Positions 42,716 through 56,600 of a stretch of DNA of 64,000 nt are shown here, in pieces (position 1 is the first letter of the stretch; each line of letters starts with the position of its first letter). Under the pieces are notes generated by a model. That model did no database searches and had not been told where the DNA came from. It saw only the letters and a program-made list of their open reading frames with translations. The stretch is taken from the NCBI RefSeq assembly GCF_009914755.1, contig NC_060925.1; one strand, written 5' to 3'. Made by a program: the position numbers and the translations under genes. The stretch comes from the human T2T-CHM13v2.0 reference genome, Homo sapiens.

Positions 42716-45700
42716 AATGAACTCGAATGGAATCATCATTGAATGGAATCGAATGGAATCATCGAGTGGAATCGAATGGAATTATGATCAAATGGAATCG
42801 AATGTAATCATCATCAAATGGAATCAAAAATAACCATCATCAATTGGTATTGAATGGAATTGTCATCAAATGGAATTCAAAGGAATCATCATCAAATGGA
42901 ACCGAATGGAATCCTCATTGAATGGAAATGAAAGGGGTCATCATCTAATGGAATCGCATGGAATCATCATCAAATGGAATCGAATGGAATCATCATCAAA
43001 TGGAATCTAATGGAATCATTGAACAGAATTGAATGGAATCGTCATCGAATGAATTGAATGCAATCATCGAATGGTCTCGAATGGAATCATCTTCTAATGG
43101 AAAGGAATGGAATCATCGCATAGAATCGAATGGAATTATCATCGAATGGAATCGAATGGTATCAACACCAAACGGAAAAAAACGGAATTATCGAATGGAA
43201 TCGAAGAGAATCTTCGAACGGACCCGAATGGAATCATCTAATGGAATGGAATGGAATAATCCATGGACTCGAATGCAATCATCATCGAATGGAATCGAAT
43301 GGAATCATCGAATGGACTCGAATGGAATAATCATTGAACGGAATCGAATGGAATCATCATCGGATGGAAACGAATGGAATCATCATCGAATGGAAATGAA
43401 AGGAGTCATCATCTAATGGAATTGCATGGAATCATCATAAAATGGAATCGAATGGAATCAACATCAAATGGAATCAAATGAAATCATTGAACGGAATTGA
43501 ATGGAATCGTCATCGAATGAATTGACTGCAATCATCGAATGGTCTCGAATGGAATCATCTTCAAATGGAATGGAATGGAATCATCGCATAGAATCGAATG
43601 GAATTATCATCGAATGGAATCGAATGGAATCAACATCAAACGGAAAAAAACGGAATTATCGAATGGAATCGAAGAGAATCATCGAATGGACCCGAATGGA
43701 ATCATCTAATGGAATGGAATGGAATAATCCATGGACTCGAATGCAATCATCATCGAATGGAATCGAATGGAATCATCGAATGGACTCGAATGGAATAATC
43801 ATTGAACGGAATAGAATGGAATCATCATCGGATGGAAATGAATGGAATCATCATCGAATGGAATCGAATAGAATTATGGAATGAAATCCAGTGTGATCAT
43901 CATCGAATGGACCCGAATGGAATCATCATCCAACGGAAGCTAATGGAATCAACATCGAATGAATCGAATGGAAACACCATCGAATTGAAACGAATGGAAT
44001 TATCATGAAATTGAAATGGATGGACTCATCATCGAATGGATTCGAATGGAATCATCGAATAAAATTGATTGAAATCATCATCGAATGGAATCGAATGGTA
44101 TCATTGAATGGAATCGAATGGAATCATCATCAGATGGAAATGAATGGAATCGTCATAGAATGGAATCGAATGGATTCATTGAATGGAATCAGATGGAATC
44201 ATCGAATGGACTGGAATGGAATCATTGAATGGACTCGAAAGGGATCATGATTGAATGGAATTGAATGGAATCATCGAATGGTCTCGATTGGAATCATTAT
44301 CAAATGGAATCGAATGGAATCACCGAATAGAATCGAATGGAACAATCATCGAATGGACTCAAATGGAATTATCCTCAAATGGAATCGAATGGAATTATCG
44401 AATGCAATCGAATGGAATTATCGAATGCAATCGAATAGAATCATCGAATGGACTCGAATGGAATCATCGAATGGAATGGAATGGAACAGTCAATGAACTC
44501 GAATGGAATCATCATTGAATGGAATCGAATGGAATCATCGAGTGGAATCGAATGGAATTATGATCAAATGCAATCGAATGTAATCCTCATCAAATGGAAT
44601 CAAAAATAACCATCATCAATTGGTATTGAATGGAATTGTCATCAAATGGAATTCAAAGGAATCATCATCAAATGGAACCGAATGGAATCCTCATTGAATG
44701 GAAATGAAAGGGGTCATCATCTAATGGAATCGCATGGAATCATCATCAAATGGAATCGAATGGAATCATCATCAAATGGAATCTAATGGAATCATTGAAC
44801 AGAATTGAATGGAATCGTCATCGAATGAATTGAATGCAATCATCGAATGGTCTCGAATGGAATCATCTTCTAATGGAAAGGAATGGAATCATCGCATAGA
44901 ATCGAATGGAATTATCATCGAATGGAATCGAATGGTATAAACACCAAACGGAAAAAAACGGAATTATCGAATGGAATCGAAGAGAATCTTCGAACGGACC
45001 CGAATGGAATCATCTAATGGAATGGAATGGAATAATCCATGGACTCGAATGCAATCATCATCGAATGGAATCGAATGGAATCATCGAATGGACTCGAATG
45101 GAATAATCATTGAACGGAATCGAATGGAATCATCATCGGATGGAAACGAATGGAATCATCATCGAATGGAAATGAAAGGAGTCATCATCTAATGGAATTG
45201 CATGGAATCATCATAAAATGGAATCGAATGGAATCAACATCAAATGGAATCAAATGGAATCATTGAACGGAATTGAATGGAATCGTCATCGAATGAATTG
45301 ACTGCAATCATCCAATGGTCTCGAATGGAATCATCTTCAAATGGAATGGAATGGAATCATCGCATAGAATCGAATGGAATTATCATCGAATGGAATCGAA
45401 TGGAATCATCATCAAACGGAAAAAAACGGAATTATCGAATGGAATCGAAGAGAATCATCGAGTGGACCCGAATGGAATCATCTAATGGAATGGAATGGAA
45501 TAATCCATGGACTCGAATGCAATCATCATCGAATGGAATCGAATGGAATCATCGAATGGACTCGAATGGAATAATCATTGAACGGAATCGAATGGAATCA
45601 TCATCGGATGGAAATGAATGGAATCATCATCGAATGGAATCGAATAGAATTATGGAATGAAATCCAGTGTGATCATCATCGAATGGACCCGAATGGAATC

Positions 45701-46267
45701 ATCATCCAACGGAAGCTAATGGAATCAACATCGAATGAATCGAATGGAAACACCATCGAATTGAAACGAATGGAATTATCATGAAATTGAAATGGATGGA
45801 CTCATCATCGAATGGATTCGAATGGAATCATCGAATAAAATTGATTGAAATCATCATCGAATGGAATCGAATGGTATCATTGAATGGAATCGAATGGAAT
45901 CATCATCAGATGGAAATGAATGGAATCGTCATAGAATGGAATCGAATGGATTCATTGAATGGAATCAGATGGAATCATCGAATGGACTGGAATGGAATCA
46001 TTGAATGGACTCGAAAGGGATCATGATTGAATGGAATTGAATGGAATCATCGAATGGTCTCGATTGGAATCATTATCAAATGGAATCGAATGGAATCACC
46101 GAATAGAATCGAATGGAACAATCATCGAATGGACTCAAATGGAATTATCCTCAAATGGAATCGAATGGAATTATCGAATGCAATCGAATGGAATTATCGA
46201 ATGCAATCGAATAGAATCATCGAATGGACTCGAATGGAATCATCGAATGGAATGGAATGGAACAGTC

Positions 46268-47330
46268 AATGAACTCGAATGGAATCATCATTGAATGGAA
46301 TCGAATGGAATCATCGAGTGGAATCGAATGGAATTATGATCAAATGGAATCGAATGTAATCATCATCAAATGGAATCAAAAATAACCATCATCAATTGGT
46401 ATTGAATGGAATTGTCATCAAATGGAATTCAAAGGAATCATCATCAAATGGAACCGAATGGAATCCTCATTGAATGGAAATGAAAGGGGTCATCATCTAA
46501 TGGAATCGCATGGAATCATCATCTAATGGAATCGAATGGAATCATCATCAAATGGAATCTAATGGAATCATTGAACAGAATTGAATGGAATCGTCATCGA
46601 ATGAATTGAATGCAATCATCGAATGGTCTCGAATGGAATCATCTTCTAATGGAAAGGAATGGAATCATCGCATAGAATCGAATGGAATTATCATCGAATG
46701 GAATCGAATGGTATCAACACCAAACGGAAAAAAACGGAATTATCGAATGGAATCGAAGAGAATCTTCGAACGGACCCGAATGGAATCATCTAATGGAATG
46801 GAATGGAATAATCCATGGACTCGAATGCAATCATCATCGAATGGAATCGAATGGAATCATCGAATGGACTCGAATGGAATAATCATTGAACGGAATCGAA
46901 TGGAATCATCATCGGATGGAAACGAATGGAATCATCATCGAATGGAAATGAAAGGAGTCATCATCTAATAGAATTGCATGGAATCATCATAAAATGGAAT
47001 CGAATGGAATCAACATCAAATGGAATCAAATGGAATCATTGAACGGAATTGAATGGAATCGTCATCGAATGAATTGACTGCAATCATCGAATGGTCTCGA
47101 ATGGAATCATCTTCAAATGGAATGGAATGGAATCATCGCATAGAATCGAATGGAATTATCATCGAATGGAATCGAATGGAATCAACATCAAACGGAAAAA
47201 AACGGAATTATCGAATGGAATCGAAGAGAATCATCGAATGGACCCGAATGGAATCATCTAATGGAATGGAATGGAATAATCCATGGACTCGAATGCAATC
47301 ATCATCGAATGGAATCGAATGGAATCATCG
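46268..47330 (+). repeat. 1063-bp short unit, copy 6
   Basis: Same junction at 47331. Confidence 0.92.
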
Positions 47331-49106
47331 AATGAACTCGAATGGAATCATCATTGAATGGAATCGAATGGAATCATCGAGTGGAATCGAATGGAATTAT
47401 GATCAAATGGAATCGAATGTAATCATCATCAAATGGAATCAAAAATAACCATCATCAATTGGTATTGAATGGAATTGTCATCAAATGGAATTCAAAGGAA
47501 TCATCATCAAATGGAACCGAATGGAATCCTCATTGAATGGAAATGAAAGGGGTCATCATCTAATGGAATCGCATGGAATCATCATCAAATGGAATCGAAT
47601 GGAATCATCATCAAATGGAATCTAATGGAATCATTGAACAGAATTGAATGGAATCGTCATCGAATGAATTGAATGCAATCATCGAATGGTCTCGAATGGA
47701 ATCATCTTCTAATGGAAAGGAATGGAATCATCGCATAGAATCGAATGGAATTATCATCGAATGGAATCGAATGGTATCAACACCAAACGGAAAAAAACGG
47801 AATTATCGAATGGAATCGAAGAGAATCTTCGAACGGACCCGAATGGAATCATCTAATGGAATGGAATGGAATAATCCATGGACTCGAATGCAATCATCAT
47901 CGAATGGAATCGAATGGAATCATCGAATGGACTCGAATGGAATAATCATTGAACGGAATCGAATGGAATCATCATCGGATGGAAACGAATGGAATCATCA
48001 TCGAATGGAAATGAAAGGAGTCATCATCTAATGGAATTGCATGGAATCATCATAAAATGGAATCGAATGGAATCAACATCAAATGGAATCAAATGGAATC
48101 ATTGAACGGAATTGAATGGAATCGTCATCGAATGAATTGACTGCAATCATCGAATGGTCTCGAATGGAATCATCTTCAAATGGAATGGAATGGAATCATC
48201 GCATAGAATCGAATGGAATTATCATCGAATGGAATCGAATGGAATCAACATCAAACGGAAAAAAACGGAATTATCGAATGGAATCGAAGAGAATCATCGA
48301 ATGGACCCGAATGGAATCATCTAATGGAATGGAATGGAATAATCCATGGACTCCAATGCAATCATCATCGAATGGAATCGAATGGAATCATCGAATGGAC
48401 TCGAATGGAATAATCATTGAACGGAAACGAATGGAATCATCATCGGATGGAAATGAATGGAATCATCATCGAATGGAATCGAATAGAATTATGGAATGAA
48501 ATCCAGTGTGATCATCATCGAATGGACCCGAATGGAATCATCATCCAACGGAAGCTAATGGAATCAACATCGAATGAATCGAATGGAAACACCATCGAAT
48601 TGAAACGAATGGAATTATCATGAAATTGAAATGGATGGACTCATCATCGAATGGATTCGAATGGAATCATCGAATAAAATTGATTGAAATCATCATCGAA
48701 TGGAATCGAATGGTATCATTGAATGGAATCGAATGGAATCATCATCAGATGGAAATGAATGGAATCGTCATAGAATGGAATCGAATGGATTCATTGAATG
48801 GAATCAGACGGAATCATCGAATGGACTGGAATGGAATCATTGAATGGACTCGAAAGGGATCATGATTGAATGGAATTGAATGGAATCATCGAATGGTCTC
48901 GATTGGAATCATTATCAAATGGAATCGAATGGAATCACCGAATAGAATCGAATGGAACAATCATCGAATGGACTCAAATGGAATTATCCTCAAATGGAAT
49001 CGAATGGAATTATCGAATGCAATCGAATGGAATTATCGAATGCAATCGAATAGAATCATCGAATGGACTCGAATGGAATCATCGAATGGAATGGAATGGA
49101 ACAGTC

Positions 49107-50165
49107 AATGAACACGAATGGAATCATCATTGAATGGAATCGAATGGAATCATCGAGTGGAATCGAATGGAATTATGATCAAATGGAATCGAATGTAATC
49201 ATCATCAAATGGAATCAAAAATAACCATCATCAATTGGTATTGAATGGAATTGTCATCAAATGGAATTCAAAGGAATCATCATCAAATGGAACCGAATGG
49301 AATCCTCATTGAATGGAAATGAAAGGGGTCATCATCTAATGGAATCGCATGGAATCATCATCAAATGGAATCGAATGGAATCATCATCAAATGGAATCTA
49401 ATGGAATCATTGAACAGAATTGAATGGAATGGTCATTGAATGAATTGAATGCAATCATCGAATGGTCTCGAATGGAATCATCTTCTAATGGAAAGGAATG
49501 GAATCATCGCATAGAATCGAATGGAATTATCATCGAATGGAATCGAATGGTATCAACACCAAACGGAAAAAAACGGAATTATCGAATGGAATCGAAGAGA
49601 ATCTTCGAACGGACCCGAATGGAATCATCTAATGGAATAGAATGGAATAATCCATGGACTCGAATGCAATCATCATCGAATGGAATCGAATGGAATCATC
49701 GAATGGACTCGAATGGAATAATCATTGAACGGAATCGAATGGAATCATCATCGGATGGAAACGAATGGAATCATCATCGAATGGAAATGAAAGGAGTCAT
49801 CATCTAATGGAATTGCATGGAATCATCATAAAATGGAATCGAATGGAATCAACATCAAATGGAATCAAATGGAATCATTGAACGGAATTGAATGGAATCG
49901 TCATCGAATGAATTGACTGCAATCATCGAATGGTCTCGGAATCATCTTCAAATGGAATGGAATGGAATCATCGCATAGAATCGAATGGAATTATCATCGA
50001 ATGGAATCGAATGGAATCAACATCAAACGGAAAAAAACGGAATTATCGAATGGAATCGAAGAGAATCATCGAATGGACCCGAATGGAATCATCTAATGGA
50101 ATGGAATGGAATAATCCATGGACTCGAATGCAATCATCATCGAATGGAATCGAATGGAATCATCG
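49107..50165 (+). repeat. Short unit, copy 7 (1059 bp; carries 4-bp deletion)
   Basis: Same junction at 50166. GGTCTCGGAATC at about 49937. Confidence 0.9.
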
Positions 50166-52632
50166 AATGAACTCGAATGGAATCATCATTGAATGGAATC
50201 GAATGGAATCATCGAGTGGAATCGAATGGAATTATGATCAAATGGAATCGAATGTAATCATCATCAAATGGAATCAAAAATAACCATCATCAATTGGTAT
50301 TGAATGGAATTGTCATCAAATGGAATTCAAAGGAATCATCATCAAATGGAACCGAATGGAATCCTCATTGAATGGAAATGAAAGGGGTCATCATCTAATG
50401 GAATCGCATGGAATCATCATCAAATGGAATCGAATGGAATCATCATCAAATGGAATCTAATGGAATCATTGAACAGAATTGAATGGAATCGTCATCGAAT
50501 GAATTGAATGCAATCATCGAATGGTCTCGAATGGAATCATCTTCTAATGGAAAGGAATGGAATCATCGCATAGAATCGAATGGAATTATCATCGAATGGA
50601 ATCGAATGGTATCAACACCAAACGGAAAAAAACGGAATTATCGAATGGAATCGAAGAGAATCTTCGAACGGACCCGAATGGAATCATCTAATGGAATGGA
50701 ATGGAATAATCCATGGACTCGAATGCAATCATCATCGAATGGAATCGAATGGAATCATCGAATGGACTCGAATGGAATAATCATTGAACGGAATCGAATG
50801 GAATCATCATCGGATGGAAACGAATGGAATCATCATCGAATGGAAATGAAAGGAGTCATCATCTAATGGAATTGCATGGAATCATCATCAAATGGAATCG
50901 AATGGAATCAACATCAAATGGAATCAAATGGAATCATTGAACGGAATTGAATGGAATCGTCATCGAATGAATTGACTGCAATCATCGAATGGTCTCGAAT
51001 GGAATCATCTTCAAATGGAATGGAATGGAATCATCGCATAGAATCGAATGGAATTATCATCGAATGGAATCGAATGGAATCAACATCAAACGGAAAAAAA
51101 CGGAATTATCGAATGGAATCGAAGAGAATCATCGAATGGACCCGAATGGAATCATCTAATGGAATGGAATGGAATAATCCATGGACTCGAATGCAATCAT
51201 CATCGAATGGAATCGAATGGAATCATCGAATGGACTCGAATGGAATAATCATTGAACGGAAACGAATGGAATCATCATCGGATGGAAATGAATGGAATCA
51301 TCATCGAATGGAATCGAATAGAATTATGGAATGAAATCCAGTGTGATCATCATCGAATGGACCCGAATGGAATCATCATCCAACGGAAGCTAATGGAATC
51401 AACATCGAATGAATCGAATGGAAACACCATCGAATTGAAACGAATGGAATTATCATGAAATTGAAATGGATGGACTCATCATCGAATGGATTCGAATGGA
51501 ATCATCGAATAAAATTGATTGAAATCATCATCGAATGGAATCGAATGGTATCATTGAATGGAATCGAATGGAATCATCATCAGATGGAAATGAATGGAAT
51601 CGTCATAGAATGGAATCGAATGGATTCATTGAATGGAATCAGATGGAATCATCGAATGGACTGGAATGGAATCATTGAATGGACTCGAAAGGGATCATGA
51701 TTGAATGGAATTGAATGGAATCATCGAATGGTCTCGATTGGAATCATTATCAAATGGAATCGAATGGAATCACCGAATAGAATCGAATGGAACAATCATC
51801 GAATGGACTCAAATGGAATTATCCTCAAATGGAATCGAATGGAATTATCGAATGCAATCGAATGGAATTATCGAATGCAATCGAATAGAATCATCGAATG
51901 GACTCGAATGGAATCATCGAATGGACTCGAATGGAATAATCATTGAACGGAAACGAATGGAATCATCATCGGATGGAAATGAATGGAATCATCATCGAAT
52001 GGAATCGAATAGAATTATGGAATGAAATCCAGTGTGATCATCATCGAATGGACCCGAATGGAATCATCATCCAACGGAAGCTAATGGAATCAACATCGAA
52101 TGAATCGAATGGAAACACCATCGAATTGAAACGAATGGAATTATCATGAAATTGAAATGGATGGACTCATCATCCAATGGATTCGAATGGAATCATCGAA
52201 TAAAATTGATTGAAATCATCATCGAATGGAATCGAATGGTATCATTGAATGGAATCGAATGGAATCATCATCAGATGGAAATGAATGGAATCGTCATAGA
52301 ATGGAATCGAATGGATTCATTGAATGGAATCAGATGGAATCATCGAATGGACTGGAATGGAATCATTGAATGGACTCGAAAGGGATCATGATTGAATGGA
52401 ATTGAATGGAATCATCGAATGGTCTCGATTGGAATCATTATCAAATGGAATCGAATGGAATCACCGAATAGAATCGAATGGAACAATCATCGAATGGACT
52501 CAAATGGAATTATCCTCAAATGGAATCGAATGGAATTATCGAATGCAATCGAATGGAATTATCGAATGCAATCGAATAGAATCATCGAATGGACTCGAAT
52601 GGAATCATCGAATGGAATGGAATGGAACAGTC

Positions 52633-53691
52633 AATGAACACGAATGGAATCATCATTGAATGGAATCGAATGGAATCATCGAGTGGAATCGAATGGAATT
52701 ATGATCAAATGGAATCGAATGTAATCATCATCAAATGGAATCAAAAATAACCATCATCAATTGGTATTGAATGGAATTGTCATCAAATGGAATTCAAAGG
52801 AATCATCATCAAATGGAACCGAATGGAATCCTCATTGAATGGAAATGAAAGGGGTCATCATCTAATGGAATCGCATGGAATCATCATCAAATGGAATCGA
52901 ATGGAATCATCATCAAATGGAATCTAATGGAATCATTGAACAGAATTGAATGGAATGGTCATCGAATGAATTGAATGCAATCATCGAATGGTCTCGAATG
53001 GAATCATCTTCTAATGGAAAGGAATGGAATCATCGCATAGAATCGAATGGAATTATCATCGAATGGAATCGAATGGTATCAACACCAAACGGAAAAAAAC
53101 GGAATTATCGAATGGAATCGAAGAGAATCTTCGAACGGACCCGAATGGAATCATCTAATGGAATAGAATGGAATAATCCATGGACTCGAATGCAATCATC
53201 ATCGAATGGAATCGAATGGAATCATCGAATGGACTCGAATGGAATAATCATTGAACGGAATCGAATGGAATCATCATCGGATGGAAACGAATGGAATCAT
53301 CATCGAATGGAAATGAAAGGAGTCATCATCTAATGGAATTGCATGGAATCATCATAAAATGGAATCGAATGGAATCAACATCAAATGGAATCAAATGGAA
53401 TCATTGAACGGAATTGAATGGAATCGTCATCGAATGAATTGACTGCAATCATCGAATGGTCTCGGAATCATCTTCAAATGGAATGGAATGGAATCATCGC
53501 ATAGAATCGAATGGAATTATCATCGAATGGAATCGAATGGAATCAACATCAAACGGAAAAAAACGGAATTATCGAATGGAATCGAAGAGAATCATCGAAT
53601 GGACCCGAATGGAATCATCTAATGGAATGGAATGGAATAATCCATGGACTCGAATGCAATCATCATCGAATGGAATCGAATGGAATCATCG
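52633..53691 (+). repeat. Short unit, copy 8 (1059 bp)
   Basis: Same junction at 53692. Duplicate of copy 7. Confidence 0.9.
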
Positions 53692-56600
53692 AATGAACTC
53701 GAATGGAATCATCATTGAATGGAATCGAATGGAATCATCGAGTGGAATCGAATGGAATTATGATCAAATGGAATCGAATGTAATCATCATCAAATGGAAT
53801 CAAAAATAACCATCATCAATTGGTATTGAATGGAATTGTCATCAAATGGAATTCAAAGGAATCATCATCAAATGGAACCGAATGGAATCCTCATTGAATG
53901 GAAATGAAAGGGGTCATCATCTAATGGAATCGCATGGAATCATCATCAAATGGAATCGAATGGAATCATCATCAAATGGAATCTAATGGAATCATTGAAC
54001 AGAATTGAATGGAATCGTCATCGAATGAATTGAATGCAATCATCGAATGGTCTCGAATGGAATCATCTTCTAATGGAAAGGAATGGAATCATCGCATAGA
54101 ATCGAATGGAATTATCATCGAATGGAATCGAATGGTATCAACACCAAACGGAAAAAAACGGAATTATCGAATGGAATCGAAGAGAATCTTCGAACGGACC
54201 CGAATGGAATCATCTAATGGAATGGAATGGAATAATCCATGGACTCGAATGCAATCATCATCGAATGGAATCGAATGGAATCATCGAATGGACTCGAATG
54301 GAATAATCATTGAACGGAATCGAATGGAATCATCATCGGATGGAAACGAATGGAATCATCATCGAATGGAAATGAAAGGAGTCATCATCTAATGGAATTG
54401 CATGGAATCATCATAAAATGGAATCGAATGGAATCAACATCAAATGGAATCAAATGGAATCATTGAACGGAATTGAATGGAATCGTCATCGAATGAATTG
54501 ACTGCAATCATCGAATGGTCTCGAATGGAATTATCTTCAAATGGAATGGAATGGAATCATCGCATAGAATCGAATGGAATTATCATCGAATGGAATCGAA
54601 TGGAATCAACATCAAACGGAAAAAAACGGAATTATCGAATGGAATCGAAGAGAATCATCGAATGGACCCGAATGGAATCATCTAATGGAATGGAATGGAA
54701 TAATCCATGGACTCGAATGCAATCATCATCGAATGGAATCGAATGGAATCATCGAATGGACTCGAATGGAATAATCATTGAACGGAAACGAATGGAATCA
54801 TCATCGGATGGAAATGAATGGAATCATCATCGAATGGAATCGAATAGAATTATGGAATGAAATCCAGTGTGATCATCATCGAATGGACCCGAATGGAATC
54901 ATCATCCAACGGAAGCTAATGGAATCAACATCGAATGAATCGAATGGAAACACCATCGAATTGAAACGAATGGAATTATCATGAAATTGAAATGGATGGA
55001 CTCATCATCGAATGGATTCGAATGGAATCATCGAATAAAATTGATTGAAATCATCATCGAATGGAATCGAATGGTATCATTGATTGGAATCGAATGGAAT
55101 CATCATCAGATGGAAATGAATGGAATCGTCATAGAATGGAATCGAATGGATTCATTGAATGGAATCAGATGGAATCATCGAATGGACTGGAATGGAATCA
55201 TTGAATGGACTCGAAAGGGATCATGATTGAATGGAATTGAATGGAATCATCGAATGGTCTCGATTGGAATCATTATCAAATGGAATCGAATGGAATCACC
55301 GAATAGAATCGAATGGAACAATCATCGAATGGACTCAAATGGAATTATCCTCAAATGGAATCGAATGGAATTATCGAATGCAATCGAATGGAATTATCGA
55401 ATGCAATCGAATAGAATCATCGAATGGACTCGAATGGAATCATCGAATGGAATGGAATGGAACAGTCAATGAACTCGAATGGAATCATCATTGAATGGAA
55501 TCGAATGGAATCATCGAGTGGAATCGAATGGAATTATGATCAAATGGAATCGAATGTAATCATCATCAAATGGAATCAAAAATAACCATCATCAATTGGT
55601 ATTGAATGGAATTGTCATCAAATGGAATTCAAAGGAATCATCATCAAATGGAACCGAATGGAATCCTCATTGAATGGAAATGAAAGGGGTCATCATCTAA
55701 TGGAATCGCATGGAATCATCATCAAATGGAATCGAATGGAATCATCATCAAATGGAATCTAATGGAATCATTGAACAGAATTGAATGGAATGGTCATCGA
55801 ATGAATTGAATGCAGTCATCGAATGGTCTCGAATGGAATCATCTTCTAATGGAAAGGAATGGAATCATCGCATAGAATCGAATGGAATTATCATCGAATG
55901 GAATCGAATGGTATCAACACCAAACGGAAAAACACGGAATTATCGAATGGAATCGAAGAGAATCTTCGAACGGACCCGAATGGAATCATCTAATGGAATG
56001 GAATGGAATAATCCATGGACTCGAATGCAATCATCATCGAATGGAATCGAATGGAATCATCGAATGGACTCGAATGGAATAATCATTGAACGGAATCGAA
56101 TGGAATCATCATCAGATGGAAACGAATGGAATCATCATCGAATGGAAATGAAAGGAGTCATCATCTAATGGAATTGCATGGAATCATCATAAAATGGAAT
56201 CGAATGGAATCAACATCAAATGGAATCAAATGGAATCATTGAACGGAATTGAATGGAATCGTCATCGAATGAATTGACTGCAATCATCGAATGGTCTCGG
56301 AATCATCTTCAAATGGAATGGAATGGAATCATCGCATAGAATCGAATGGAATTATCATCGAATGGAATCGAATGGAATCAACATCAAACGGAATAAAACG
56401 GAATTATCGAATGGAATCGAAGAGAATCATCGAATGGACCCGAATGGAATCATCTAATGGAATGGAATGGAATAATCCATGGACTCGAATGCAATCATCA
56501 TCGAATGGAATCGAATGGAATCATCGAATGGACTCGAATGGAATAATCATTGAACGGAATCGAATGGAATCATCATCGGATGGAAACGAATGGAATCATC

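Larger units (their letters stand above)
39774..48350 (+). repeat. Older, imperfect duplication of about 4613-4615 bp (2x1776 + 1063); boundaries approximate
   Basis: GGTATAAACACC occurs only at about 40326 and 44939 (+4613). CAAATGCAATC (39958/44571) and CATCATCTAATGG (41911/46524) also match. Short units lie at 42716/47331. Confidence 0.7.
48378..55451 (+). repeat. 3526-bp out-of-register tandem duplication whose junction creates an apparent 691-bp unit
   Basis: Variants recur at +3526: GAACACGAATGG (49114/52640), GGAATGGTCAT (49431/52957), GGAATAGAATGG (49639/53165), and the 4-bp deletion GGTCTCGGAATC. Junction at 51904-51925. Confidence 0.88.
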
